A DNA stretch of 64,000 nucleotides. Source: Lama guanicoe (taxonomy: Eukaryota). Below are positions 30,077 through 43,171 of this stretch, in pieces; the stretch's first letter is position 1, and every line of letters starts with the position of its first letter. Position numbers and translations under genes: made by a program. The DNA lies in contig MU054323.1 of the NCBI GenBank assembly GCA_013239625.1, forward strand, positions 8,917,220-8,981,219. Reading direction: 5' to 3'. Under the pieces are notes generated by a model. That model saw only the letters and a program-made list of their open reading frames with translations. It did no database searches and had not been told where the DNA came from.

Positions 30077-30135
30077 ACCCCGGGACCCACATCCTTTAAG
30101 CAGCAGAGGAGCACGAGGATCGTGGGAGCTAAGAA
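30077..30135 (+). CDS. ZNF512: ZNF512 exon 2 (TPGPTSFKQQRSTRIVGAK)
   Basis: tgctag acceptor, gtaagt donor, phase 0 to 2. Confidence 0.9.
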
Positions 30136-30176
30136 GTAAGTGAGGTTTTCTGCGGTCTGTTTATAATTGTGTCGCC

Positions 30177-30383
30177 AGCACTGTCCAATAGCAGTTCCTC
30201 TGTTTATGAAAATGTTCTGTATCCACACTGTCCCAAACTGTAGCCACAAGCCACGTATGGCTTTTGAGCGCTTGAAATGTGGCTAGTGTGACTAAGGAAG
30301 GAGTTTTTAATTGTCCTTAATTTTAATTAATTTAAATTTAAATAGCCACCTGTAGCTGGTGGCCATCTGATTGGAAGTGCAGG
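30177..30383. mobile_element. MER3-type hAT-Charlie MITE
   Basis: 'gcactgtccaatag...agccacaagccacgtatggcttttgagcgcttgaaatgtggctagtgtgact...aatttaaatagccac'. Confidence 0.75.
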
Positions 30384-31042
30384 TCTAATCTTAGTGTGGG
30401 GAGGAAAACTTAGATTGCAAAAAAAAAAAAAAAAGAAGTACGAATTATAATATCATGAGACTCTGTAGCCCTGCATTTTTTTTCAGACATCAGATATGTA
30501 CTCATGAATACATTGATGAACATGGGAAGGACTGGTTAAAATGACTGTAAGAAATCCTTGTATTTTCAAACTACTTGGCTTTAAGACTGGTTGGTTATAT
30601 GGTGTACTGAATGTGCTAAGCTTTTCGGTATTTGTTAATACAGAAAAGATTCTTGTTAATGAGATACTCATTGGTAGAGATTAATTCATTCATATAACAT
30701 TTACTAAATATCTGCTGTGCCAGCTGTGTAGTACGTTAGATATACAGAAATGAAAAACATAGAACTAGCAGTCTAACAAACCTAGGCAAGGAGATCAACA
30801 CCATACAGTGTAATTAAATGTTTTTAAACAGGAATTTAACATAGCCATTGGGGAAAGGGATAGTTTGGAAGGAAGGGTTACCAGAGCAAATCACTCCTAA
30901 ACAGACTTGAAAGTCAAAGAATTACGCAGTTAGCCAGAAGGAAAAGGCTTTTTTTCCTCTTAGAAGTAAGAACAGAATGTGAATGGGTAAAAGGATGTGA
31001 CGGAATAGCAAGTGGGTAATTGTTAAGAAATGTAAAGATTAA

Positions 31043-31161
31043 GCAGGAGGGTATAGCTAAGTGGTAGACTGCTTGCTTAGCATGCACGAGGTCCCAGATT
31101 CAATCCCCAGTACCTCCGTGAAGTAATACATACATACATACCTAATTACCTAACTCCTCAA
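31043..31161 (+). mobile_element. tRNA-Ala-derived SINE with TSD
   Basis: GGAGGGTATAGCTAAGTGGTAGA...GATTCAATCCCCAGTACCTCC; 18-bp TSD aagaaatgt(a/t)aagattaa at 31025 and 31162. Confidence 0.9.
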
Positions 31162-33019
31162 AAGAAATGTTAAGATTAATGGGCCCTCTTCTGTTAATCA
31201 GAATCAGAATCATGGGGGTCAGGGCATCAGAATCTTAATTTTTTATTTAATTTTTAAGTGGCCTAAGAGATTGTGAAGTTTGAGAGTCATTGGTGAGAAG
31301 TGAGACTAGAAGAGAGTAAAGGATGAAACCTTTATTTTTCAGAGAAAACATCAGTATTTAAGGATTGGGTAAAATAAAAGGAAGCTGCAAAGGATACTGA
31401 GATGAACTTAAAATATTTTTCCAATGAAATCTAAATATTTGCACCTAGAGAATGAACTAGCGGCTCTTAAAAATTCCTGGTAGATCAGAAAGGAGTTGAA
31501 AGTAGTTTAAACTCTTCATCTTTATGATAAGAAGCTGAGACAGGAAGGTACAAATGTGGAAGGTGCCACAAACAACAAATTATTTTAAAGTAACTACAGT
31601 TATGATAATTATTGTTTGAGCCAAAGGCTTCTTCTTGTCATATTTATGGGAAGGGAAGTTTGAGATTAATCTGGTTTTTAACAAATAGTCAAATGCCCTG
31701 AGTTGATATGTAGTATAAAATACTTGAGAACTGTTTTTACTAAGTCCTTTAAAAATAAGAGATCTAGAGGGAGGGATTCCCTATCCACTTAGACTTAATT
31801 CCCAAGATGTTATTCATGCTGATCATATAAACTATTGATTTTTTTTTAAACTATGCTTGGGCTTATTCATGAGAGGGGAAGTGGGTATATCTGAGTCCTA
31901 CACCAAGAGTAAGGAAATTCCTATGAGGAGAGTTTCCTAAAAGGAGTCACATGGGACTTGACTCTTAATGGCCTGTTGATTCTATCCAGTCTTTCTAGTA
32001 GAGATTGTTCCCATTTGTTTGGGATGGTGGGTTTTAGCCCTAGAGTACTGCCAATTCCCATTAAAATTTTTAAAAATATTTTTATGAGGTATAATTGAAG
32101 TACAGTAGACTGCATATATTTAAAGTAGGTAATATCATCAGCTTTGACATATGTAAGTACCCATGAAACCACCATCAAGATAACATTTCCATGTCTCCCA
32201 GAAGTTATTTTGTGTCTCTTCGCAATCCATTCCTCCCTCTACTCCTATCCCCAAACATCCACTGACCTGTTTTCTGTCACTGTACAGTGGTTAGCATGTT
32301 CTGGGATTTTATGTAAATGAAATCAGATAGTGTGTCCTCTTTTTGCATGATTTCTTTCACTCAGAGTAATGATTTTGAATAAAAATAGTTTTTATTGCTG
32401 AATAGGATTCCATTATGGATACCATAATTTGTTTAGCCATCTACCTTGAGAGACATTTGGGTTATTTTTAATGTGGGGATATTACAATAAAGCTGTTTAT
32501 TCATGTGTAAGTCTCTGTGTGGAAAAATGTTTTTGTTTCTCTTTTTTTATTTGTTTTTTCATTTTTCAGTTTTATTAGGTAGAATTGTTACAGTTTGACT
32601 GCTATATAGTATATTTCATATGAACACATATACACAGTATTTTGCACATATTTAAAAAAATTTACATATATGTACTGTTCATTGTTTCTAAGAATGTTTA
32701 GAGCTTTGGTTTTTTAAACTTACATAGTTACCAAAGGAATAAAGCCAACCACAAAATAAAAATTAATTCAAAAAGTTACATACACCCTTCTATTAACAGC
32801 AATTATTTATAATTATTATAAATTTATAATTGCCAAGATATAGAAGCATCCTAAGTGCACATCAATAGATGAATAGATAAAGAAGATGCAGCACATACAT
32901 GTAATGGAATACAACTCACCCATAAGAAAGAAGGATATTTTACCATTTGTGGCCCTTCATTCTCTTTATTTTTTTTTTCACTTCAAAATCCAGAATTTTA
33001 AAAGTGACATAAATATTTC

Positions 33020-33318
33020 CATTGCATCAAAGACAACAAAATACCTAGAAATAAACCTAACCAAGGAGGTTACCTATAACCTGAAAACTGTAAAACACTG
33101 ATGAAGGAAATTGAAGATGATACAAAGAAATGGAAAGATATCTTGTGCCCTTGGATTGAAAGAATCAACATTATCAAAATGGCCATATTGCCCAAAGCAA
33201 TCTACATATCCAATGCAACCCCTGTTGAAATATTCACAACATTTTTCACAGAACTAGAACAAACAATTCCAAAATTTATATGGAACCATAAAAGACTCCA
33301 AACTGCCAAAGCAATCTT
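33020..33318 (+). mobile_element. L1 ORF2 fragment
   Basis: Peptide [35 protein letters not shown] is canonical L1 ORF2p. Confidence 0.9.
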
Positions 33319-33319
33319 T

Positions 33320-35260
33320 TGTAGGTCTTTTTTTTTCCCTCCTCTCTTTCTTCTTTTTGTTCTCTTATGGTTTGATGACTAGAGAAGTTCCTTTAATATT
33401 TGTTGTAAAGCTGGTTTGGTAGTACTGAAATCTTTTTAGCTTTTATTTATCATTGAAGCTTTTGATTTCTCCATGAAATCTGAACAAAAGCCTTGCTGGA
33501 TAGAGTATTCTTGGTTGTAAGTTTTTCCCTTTCACCACTTGAAATATATCATGCCACTCCCTTCTGACCTGTAGAGTTTCTGCTGAAAAATCAGCTGATA
33601 ACCTTATGGGTGTCCCCTTGTATGTTATTTGCTGCTTTTCTCTTGCTAATTTTAATATTTTCTCCTTATCTTTAATTTTTGTCAGTTTGATTACTACGTA
33701 CCTTTGTGTGTTCCTATTTCAGTTCATCCTGTGTGGAACTCTGTGTGCATCCTGGACCTGGGTGACTTTCCTTTCCCAAATTGGGGAAGTTTTCAGTTAT
33801 TATCACTCCAAACATTTTCTTAGGTTCTTTCTCTCTTCTCTTTCTGGGACCCCTATAATGTGAATATTAATGTGCTTCATGTTGTCCTACAGTTCTATCA
33901 AACTATCCTCATTTCTTTTCATTCTTTTTTCTTTTTTCTGTTCTGCAGGAGTGATTTCCACTAACCTGTCTTCTACCTCATTGATCCATTCTTCTGCCTC
34001 ATTTAGTCTATTCTTGGTTCCTTCTAGTGTGTTATTCATTTCAGTGATTTTATTCTTCAACTCTGTTTAGATATTCTTTATATTTTCCAATTCTTTTCTG
34101 AAAACTTTGCTCTGTGCATTTATACTCCTCTTGAGTTCACTGAACATCTTCGCCATCATTACTTTAAACTCTTTCTCAGATAAATTGCCTATCTCCTCAT
34201 CACTTATTTCTTCTTCTGGGATTTTATCTTGTGCCTTTGCCTGGAAGGTATTCCTCTGCTGCCTCATATTATCTGTCTTTCGATTTGTATTTTTAGGTAG
34301 GTTAGTTATGTTTCTCAACCTTTGAGAGGTGGCCCTCTTTGGGAGACATCCTATGTGTCCCAGCAGTACACTCCTCTCTTGTTACCCAAGGGCCAGGGTC
34401 CAGCCTGTCCCAGTCTGTCCTGTGTTTGTGGATTCTTTCCACAGGCTTTGGGATTGTTATTTTCTTATTTCTGGTATCTGCCCCTGGTGGATAAGGCTGG
34501 ACTAGAGGATTATGCAGGTTTCCTGGCAGGAGGAGCCGGTGCCTGCCCACTGCTGGGTGAAGCTTGGTCCTGGACCTCTGGTGGATAGGGCCATGTCTAG
34601 AAGTTTGTGGCTCAGAAGGTCTGCTGATGGGTGGGGCTGTGTTCATAGCCAGTATGTTGTTTGGCCCAAGGCTTCTCTTAAGGCTGTTGGGTGGGGCTAG
34701 GTCTTGGTGCTAATGATCCAATCAAGATGTCAGCCTCTAGGAAAGCTCATGTAGATTAACACTCCAGGAATGTCTGTCACCAGCTTTTATGTCCCCTGGG
34801 TGACCTTCCAAAACCAGCAGGCAGGCCTGGCCCAGGTTCCTATGAAATCACTGCCTCTGCCCTCGGACCTGGTGCATGCGAGTTTCTGTGTACGCTTCCT
34901 AAGAGAATGAAGTCTCTGTTGCCCCCAATCCCATGGGGCTTCTGGAGTTAAGCTCCACTGGTCTTCAAAACCAGATGTCCTGGGGGCTCCTCCTCCTCCC
35001 AAGGCTGGAACCCTGGGCTAGAGAGCCTGAAGAGGGGCTTAGAACTCTCACTTCTGTTGGAGGGCCTCTGCGACTTAACTATTCTTCAGCTTGTGAATTG
35101 CCCATCTCAGGGGTATGGAGCCTGATTATATCATGAGCACACCGCCTCCTACTGTCCTGCTGAGGTTCCCTCTTTATGTTTCCAGTTGAAGAAGATCTTT
35201 TTTGCCAGGTTCCAGTCTTTTTCTCAATGGTTGTTAATCAGTCAGTTGTGGTTTCATTGT
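33320..35260 (-). mobile_element. L1 5'UTR plus ORF1 region
   Basis: ORF1p-like MRQQRNTFQAKAQDKIPEEEISDEEIGNLSEKEFKVMMAKM on the minus strand, with a GC-richer 5'UTR to its right. Confidence 0.85.
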
Positions 35261-35593
35261 CTGTTTTTCTCTTTATTAATACCTAACACAGTATTTATTT
35301 ACTAGGATGGTGTTTACCATCTTAGGTTGCTTGCGTCATATGTCAGGAGTATGTTTAACTTTTAAAGAAATTGTTTTCCAAATTGCTGGTATTTTATGTT
35401 TCTAGTGTATGAGAGTAAGTCTCTAATTTTAGCTTAAATGGGTATATTGTGGTATTTCATTGTGGTTTTAATTTTCATTTTCCTGATGAGTAATGGTGTA
35501 GAACATCTGTTTGTGTGCTTATTAGCCATTCATATATCTTATTTTGTCAAGTGTCTATGTCTTTTGCCCACGTTAAAAAAAAATTGGGGGCTA

Positions 35594-35682
35594 GGGAGGG
35601 TATAGCTCAGTGGTAGAGTACGTGTCTAGCATGCGTGAGGTCCTGGGTTCAACTCCCAGTACCTTCATTAAAAAAAAAAAAC
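35594..35682 (+). mobile_element. tRNA-Ala-derived SINE
   Basis: GGGAGGGTATAGCTCAGTGGTAGAG...GGTTCAACTCCCAGTACC followed by a poly(A) run. Confidence 0.9.
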
Positions 35683-37008
35683 CATTATTACCCATCCCAA
35701 GTAGGGTTTTGTCTCATTATTGAATTGTATTATTTAATTAAAAAATTTTTTCTGAATACAATTCCTTTGTCTGATATATGTGTCTTGAATATTTCCACAA
35801 GTTCATGATTTGCATTTTACTTTCTTAATGGTGTTTTTAGAAGAGCAAAGATTTTAAATTTACCATTAAAAGTGATAAAATATAATTTTTTTTCATTTAT
35901 GTTTCATGCTTTTTATATTTAAGAAAACTTTGCCATCCCTAATTGCAAATATTTTCTCCTATGTTTTCTTCTATAAGTTTTATGGGTTTTACATTCAGGT
36001 CTATGGCTCATTCAGAGTTATTTTTTGTGCATGGTATGTTACAAAGGTCAATTTAATTTCTTTCCATTTGTACATCCAGTTGTTGAAAAGACTATTCTTT
36101 CCCTATTCAGTTGCCTTGCTGCCTTTGTCAAAAATCAGTTGAAGATGTGTGGGTCTGTTTCTTTTTCACTTTCCTTACTTTGTTTCATTGATGTATGCAT
36201 CTATCTTTTTTTTTGCCAATACTGAGCTGTCTTGATACTGTAACATTAGAGTAAGTCTTGAAATCAGATAAAGTCATCTAATTTTGTTGTTTTTTCAAAA
36301 TTATTTCAGCTATTCTATTTTCTTTGCCTCTATATAAATTCTACAATCAGTTTGTCAATTTCTATAAAAAGAAACATGCTAGAGTATTGATTGGTATTAT
36401 ATTGAATCTATAGATCAGTTTAAGGAGAATTGCCATTTTGACAGTATTGAGTTTTCTGATTTATATGCACATTATATTTTTCCACTTATCTAGGTCTTTA
36501 CTTTCTCCCACTGATGTGTTGTAGTTTTCATTGTAAAAGTCTTGGATGTCTTTTGTTAGATTTGTTCGTAGATTCCTAGATTTGCTCCTAGATTCCTGTA
36601 TTATTTGTTACTGTAAATGCTATTATTTTTATAAGTTCATTTTCTACTTGTTTGCTGTTAGTGTCTAAGAATACAGTTGATTTTTGTGTTTTAACTTTGT
36701 ATCCTGCCACTTGCTAAATTCATTTTTAGTTCTAGTAATTATTTCACATATTTCCCGAGATTATCTTTGTAAACATACTACAAAAAATCTGTTAAAAAAA
36801 AAACTGCAAGTAGGGGCAGTTTTACTTTTTTCCTTCTGCTCTTTATGTCTCCAGTTTCTTCTTATGTCAATTTTGTGAGTTGTGTTTTTTAAGAAATTTG
36901 TTTACCTTAATTTGTCAATTTATTGGCATAAAGTTGTTCAAAATATTCTCTTAACTATTTTAATGTCTGTCTGCATAATGTGTAATGATAACCCCTCTTT
37001 CATTTCTT

Positions 37009-37342
37009 TTTTTTTTCTTTTTTTAATGACTGATGTTGAATAGAAATCTTCTCTGTAGAAGAATTCCAAATAGTTGCTGTAGATACTCAACCATTCATTA
37101 AGGAGGTGGTGCTAACTCCCCTCTTCTGAAGTGTGGGTGCCACATAGTGACTTCGTCTGGTAGGGCTGTGTCCTGGGTCACTGTGTCTCAGGACTCAGAC
37201 TTCAGTGAGTCTGTTTCATTTCATGGCTGAACATATTCATATGGCCTCAGACAGCGGGCGGGGAGCGTCCTCCTCCCGCGGACACACAGGCCACGTGGTC
37301 CAGGAGCCGCCATCATGCCGCCTGCTCCTTCCTGAGGAAAAC
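37009..37342 (-). pseudogene. Retrocopy of an unidentified short polyadenylated transcript
   Basis: Perfect 17-bp TSD cccctctttcatttctt (36992 and 37343), poly(T) at left, CpG-rich 5' end at right. Confidence 0.8.
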
Positions 37343-37833
37343 CCCCTCTTTCATTTCTTACATTGATTATTTGTAGTATCTTTGGTATCTTTTTTTCTTG
37401 ATCAGTTTAGCTACGGGGTTGTCAATTTTGTGATCTTTTTGAAGAACAAGATCTTCTCTAATGTCTGTTTCCTAATTTATGAATTTTTCCTTTTTATTAT
37501 GTTGTCTCTATTCTTTGGGCTTACTTTGCTCTTCTTTTTAAGGTATCTTAATATGAAATCTCAAGTCATTGATTTTAGCTCTCTTCTAACATAAGCATTT
37601 AGAGCGTAAAGTTTCCCTCTATGTACTGCTTTAGTTGCATTCCACAAATTTTGGTATGTGTATTTTGGTTGTTATTCACTTAAAATATTTTCCAGTTTCC
37701 CTTGGGAGTTCATTTTTGACCCATGAATTACTTAGAAATAGATTGTTTAATTTCCAGATTTATTTTTTATTTTAGATACCTTATTGTTTTTGATTTCTGA
37801 TTTAATTCTGATGTGGTTAGAGAACACATTATG

Positions 37834-37989
37834 TATTTATGTATTTATTTATTTATGTTGGAGGGGATGTAACTTATTTATTTATTTTTAATTTTTTAAT
37901 TTTTTTAGTGGCGGTACTGGAGATTGAACCCAGGACCTTGTGCATACTCTTTACCACGCACTCTACCACTTGAGCTATATCCGCCCCCC
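37834..37989 (-). mobile_element. tRNA-Ala-derived SINE with TSD
   Basis: SINE head on the minus strand; TSD tagagaa(c/t)acattatg at 37818 and 37990. Confidence 0.85.
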
Positions 37990-39037
37990 TAGAGAATACA
38001 TTATGATTTTCATCTTTTTAAGAGTAAAGTTTATAGCCCAGTATATGATCTATCTTGTGAGTGCACAGCGTGCACTTAATGTGTATCTTCTGGTGTTGGA
38101 TGCAGTGTTTCTGTAAATGTCAACTAAAGCGAGGTGGCTAATAGTGCAATTCAGATCTTCTTTGTCTTCACTAAATTTTTGTCTAGTTTTATCAGTTCCA
38201 GAAAGGAGATCTTAAAATTTCTGCTAAGATTGTAGAATTGTCTGTTTTTCCCTTTCTAGCAATCTTGCTTTGTGTACTTTGAGCCTCTGTTGTTACACAC
38301 ATGCAATGAGTAATTGTCTTCCTGATGATTTGTTACTTTTACTATTATGAAGTGTCCCATTTTATCTCTGGTAATACTGTTTGTCTTGAAGTCTATTTTA
38401 TCTGATATTAAAATAGCCACTCCAGCCTTCTTGTATTTGCTGATGGCATGGTATGACTTTTTTCATCCCTTTACTTCTAGTCTACGTATGTGTTTATATT
38501 TAAAGTGTGCCTCTTGTAAGCAGCATATACTAGGATTTTTTTTTATTCACGCTGTCAATCTCTGACTTTTAACTTTAGTATTTAGACCATAACATTTAAA
38601 TTAATTATTGATATGGTTGGATTTAGGTCTACATTTTATTATTTGTTTTCTGTATTTTGTTCCTCTGTACCTTCTTTTGGATTATTTGAACGTTTAACAT
38701 CCCATTTTAATTTATCCATTTGATTTTTGATGCTCTCTCCCTCTCTCTTCAGGGGTGAGGGGAATGTTTCATAGTGGTTGCTCTAGGAATTACAGTGTAC
38801 ATATCTATCCTTTCATAGTCTACTTAGAATTAATATCCTACAACTTTGCTTAAATATAGAAGCCTCACAACCACATAGATTACTTTAACCCCCTACCTGC
38901 TGACCATTAAGTTATAGCTGTCATATATTACATCTTATATATTGAAAATCTTACCAGATAATGTTAAATTTTTGCTTTAAAAAGTTTTTAATATTTACCC
39001 AGCTGTTTACCATTTTTCTTGCTCTTTCTTCATTCTT

Positions 39038-39174
39038 TTTTTTTCCAATTTTTTTTTTAATGAGGGAAGTAATTAGGTTTATTTATTTATTTATTTAAGT
39101 GGTGGTACTGGAGATTGAACCCAGGACCTCTTGTATGCTAAGCATGTGCTCTACCACTGAGCTATACCCTACCC
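39038..39174 (-). mobile_element. tRNA-Ala-derived SINE with TSD
   Basis: SINE head on the minus strand; perfect TSD ctctttcttcattctt at 39022 and 39175. Confidence 0.9.
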
Positions 39175-41615
39175 CTCTTTCTTCATTCTTAAAAACCCAA
39201 ATTTCACTCTGGTGTCATTTTCCCTTCAGCTGGAATTATTTCCCTTAGAATTTTTCATAGAGCAAATCTGACAACAAATTTTAGTTTTACTTCATCTGAA
39301 GTAAAGAGTATTTTCACTGAATATGGAATTTTGAATTGGTGAATTTCTTCTCTCAGGATTTTAAAGATGTTATTATTCTGTCTTCTGTCTTGGCTTCTTT
39401 TGAGAAATTCATGATCATTTGAATCATTGTTCCATGTATGTAATATGTTATATTTTTTCTAGCTGCTTTTTGTTTTAATCTTCAGTTTTGAACAGTTTCA
39501 TTAAGATTTATCTAGATCTGGTTTTCTTTGAGTTTATACTGTTGAGTGTTGAGCTCTTTCAGTGTGTAAAGGTAAATCTTTCATTAAATTTGGAAGATAT
39601 TTGCACCATTTTTTTTTCAAAATTTTTTCCTGCTTTAGTCCCTCTTTCCTCTTTTTCTGCAGTTACAACTACATTTAAGTTAGGTCTTTTGATATTGACC
39701 CATAGGTTGTTGGGGCTGTGTTGACTGTTTTACAGTCTTTTTTGCTTTTTGTTCTTCAGATTGGTTAATTTCTATTGATCTGTCTTCAGATTCACTGATT
39801 CTTTCCTCTTTCATCTCTGTTCTGTTACTAGCCCATCCAGTGAATTTTTATTTCAGTCCTAAAGTTTAATTTGGTTCTTTTTTATGGTTTCTGTTTTTCT
39901 GCTGATAAGTCTTACATTTTCCTTCATTTCAAGTGTGTTTTTCTTTATATCATGAAGCATAGTTATAATAGTTGCTTTAAAGTCTTTGCTAGTTCCAACA
40001 TCTGCATCATCTTGGGTTGACATTTGTTTATCATCTGTCCTGTGAGAGTTCCTCACATTTTCCTGGTTCTTTGTATACTACATAATTTTGGAATTTATTC
40101 TCAAGATTATGAATGTTATTTGTGTAGACTGTGGGTCTTTTCAGAATCTTCTGGGGGAATGTTGCTATTTTTATTTTAGCAGATAACCTGTTTAGGTTCA
40201 GACCGTAAGTTCTGACTTGCTTTCTAAGGGCATTGGTTCAATCTCAGCCTTTATTTGAGTCTTTTTTAATGATGGTTTAGGTCTGCCTTGTACAAATCAT
40301 AAGTCCCTGTTACCATTTTCATCCCTTCCTCCCAGAGACAACCATACTAACAAATTTGATATTTGTCCTTAAATATTTATGGTCCTTGTAAAATAGCTAG
40401 TGCCATTTACATTTATATTTGTTTTTAATTTACTGAATTGACATTGTACTATAAATCTTCTGTTTCTTTTTTCCTTCTAAATACGCTTTTTAGTAATGTT
40501 CATATCTCTAGATGTGTAGAAATAGTTTATGGCTTCTAACAACTAGTATTTCATAGTAGGTAGGCATCTATCATATTTTACTTTCATTTGTCCCTAAGAA
40601 TGGTCACCTGTGTTACTTCCAAATCCCTGCTACCACAAACCTCCATATGTAATTCTTACCAGCTCTACCTTTAAAGTGTTGTCTTGAATCTGTCAATTTA
40701 TCAGCTCTACTACGAAACCTTAGTTCAAGTTCAAGCTTTCATTATCTCTTATTCATACTGTTGCAACAAGCTGCTAACTCTTCTCCTTTCATTCACTCTT
40801 CCTCCATGGGTCATCTTTTATGCAGCATCCAGAGTGACCTTTCTAAACTGTAAATCTAAGGCAGCCCTCACTCACATGGTTAGTTAGCTGGAAAAGGGAT
40901 GTCTCAGAGATCATTGGACTACACTTTGAGAACTGACACTCTACTGCATCTTGAACCACCTAGAAGATACTTTTTAGCTACTCAGCAATATTTGTCAGCT
41001 ACATATTGACTGGTCCTAGATTTGGGAATTTGGATCAGCTGTATAACAGACTTCTGGCCAGTTTAACTCAAACAAGGTGGCACCCTTCCTTTAGCTATGG
41101 GATCTAAGTAGCATTGTTGCCTAAGTAAGACAAGGTGCCCTGATATCAAGATTTAGGGAGGAGGCTCAGGAAAAGGAAGATGGATCAGACTAGAGCCTAC
41201 AAACTATGCTCTTCCTTCTTTATTCTCAGAGATACTATTCAGTTACTATTCCTCTGCCAGAGATATAGAGAGGCCTGGAAATACCTGGTTACAGATCCAG
41301 GGGATCATCTGAAGGGTCACGGAACACCCTATTGCTTTGATGAATTTAGAAAGGAATGCCTACTTGGGCTACAGAGTGATCATTTATGTGGACTGCTTAC
41401 TCTTTCTGATTACAATGGAGTATAATAATTATATATATTGTGTTAGAGCAATTGTTTTAATTGTTAGAAAATTGCTATCTAAATTCTATTTTTATTATCA
41501 AGCTTCCTAGTTTTTTGCACAGGTTACCAACTTGGTTATCTTTTTGTAATACAATTAACAGGAACTTTACTCCAGACCCTCTTTTGCAGTATATATCTTT
41601 GTGTCATATTAATAG

Positions 41616-41800
41616 CAGGACCCAGTGCTCCATAAAGGATAATAGTTTCCAGTACACTATCCCTCACGATGATTCCTTAAGCGGTTCATCATCCGCCTCT
41701 TCGTGTGAACCAGTGAGTGATTTTCCAGCATCCTTCCGAAAATCTACCTACTGGATGAAGATGAGAAGGATCAAGCCAGCTGCTACTTCCCATGTTGAAG
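41616..41800 (+). CDS. ZNF512: ZNF512 exon 3 ([19 protein letters not shown]...AATSHVE); NAGNAG acceptor, alternative start 41619
   Basis: Peptide recognised; acceptor aaTAGCAG; donor GAAG|gtatca. Confidence 0.9.
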
Positions 41801-42164
41801 GTATCAGAATCTTATTCCAAAGACAGAAAACTCTCTAAAGTTATATTTTAAGGTAGCTGCTGTAAATGGCTTTTAAAGCATTAAGTACCACATACATGTT
41901 TCTTATTAATGATTGAAATTTTTTAAAGATGTTAAGCTATCATATACTGTTAACTTCATGAACGGTCCCTCTATTTTACTGAGTGAAATTCTGCTGATCT
42001 CACTCCTCTAGGTTATACTGGTATCAGCTTTACCTCTTCGTATGAATTGAACTTTCTTTTCTGTTGTTCTAGTTTGATCCTCTGTTGAGGGTCTATTAAG
42101 GGATATTCTGAGTAGAGTTATCTTAGTGGTCATAGTCTCAGGGGTTCTTAGTAGCCTATGTCTT

Positions 42165-42775
42165 TTTTTTTCCCCACATGACAGAGAGTCGTTACTTTTA
42201 AATGATTATCAGTACACCAAGTAATAACATGTAACAAATTCTTGAATTCTGTCATCTAGTAATTTTGATTAAGAGACATTAAAAGCAGCCCAAACAATTG
42301 TACTGGTACTCACTGTTCTAACCCTTAGCCAGAAAGGACTATTTTAAGGCTGGCTGCTGCTTCACATAGGTTACAAATGAGTATTTGCTACTTTTTCATA
42401 GATAAAGCCCCTGACCTTCAAGAAAGCTTTAGGGAAAAAAAATTTTTTAATCCCTTTCTTTCATAGGAAAAAAATTTTTTTACACTGTATCTAAGAAAGA
42501 AAAAGTCAGCATTGATATATATGCTGCTTGAGCGAAAAGGCATAGGAAAACAACATATACCCCATTAAATTTCTAAGAAATATGAGGTAAAAAGAAATCT
42601 TTGGATAAGCTCTAAGTTTGTACAAGGAAGCTAGATTTGCTATTCTGCAAAAAGTGAAGGAACCTACTACATAATATACAGAAATAATTTAATGCCTTTC
42701 CACAAGAATATAACTCAAGTCTTGCTAAGGCTTCACATTCCATGAAGGCATCAAAAATGCCAACCATGGAATAGG
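42165..42775 (-). pseudogene. 5'-truncated retrocopy consisting of mRNA 3'UTR only (tentatively TCEA1-like)
   Basis: Poly(T) at left, AU-rich unique sequence, degenerate flanking repeat gcctatgtctt / gcttctgtctt; parent identity is recollection only. Confidence 0.5.
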
Positions 42776-43171
42776 TGCTTCTGTCTTCCTCCTCTACCTG
42801 CTTATGTGGTAGTTTTTACGGTTTTCAAGCCGGATGTCACAAAGTGGCCTTATATCTTGAACTGTTTTTCTGCTTCAGTGTTAGCCTCAAATCAGGATTA
42901 AACAAATCTCACTGCTTGAAGGATCTTATTATTCATAGGGAAGAACTGATCACTTGGGATGGAGAACAGCTCAAAAGGAAAAGGCAAGATTGAGTCAATT
43001 AATGAGAAGTTATACTAACTTCCCTAAAACTATTACCAACACTTCTGTGAGGCCTTGCTCGCTGATCATCTTTCCCTCTGATGGTCTTGTGATCGATGAG
43101 TTGAAGGCAGGCCCAGATGTTCACTTATAAACTGTACTAAGTTTTTGTTTTGGTTTTCTGTGTTATTTCAG

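Larger units (their letters stand above)
32080..40300 (-). mobile_element. Long old antisense L1 relic, host to several nested younger insertions
   Basis: Continuous antisense L1-like T-rich sequence at about 32080-32540 and 35270-40300; decayed ORF1-like peptide at 39859-40056. Confidence 0.7.
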
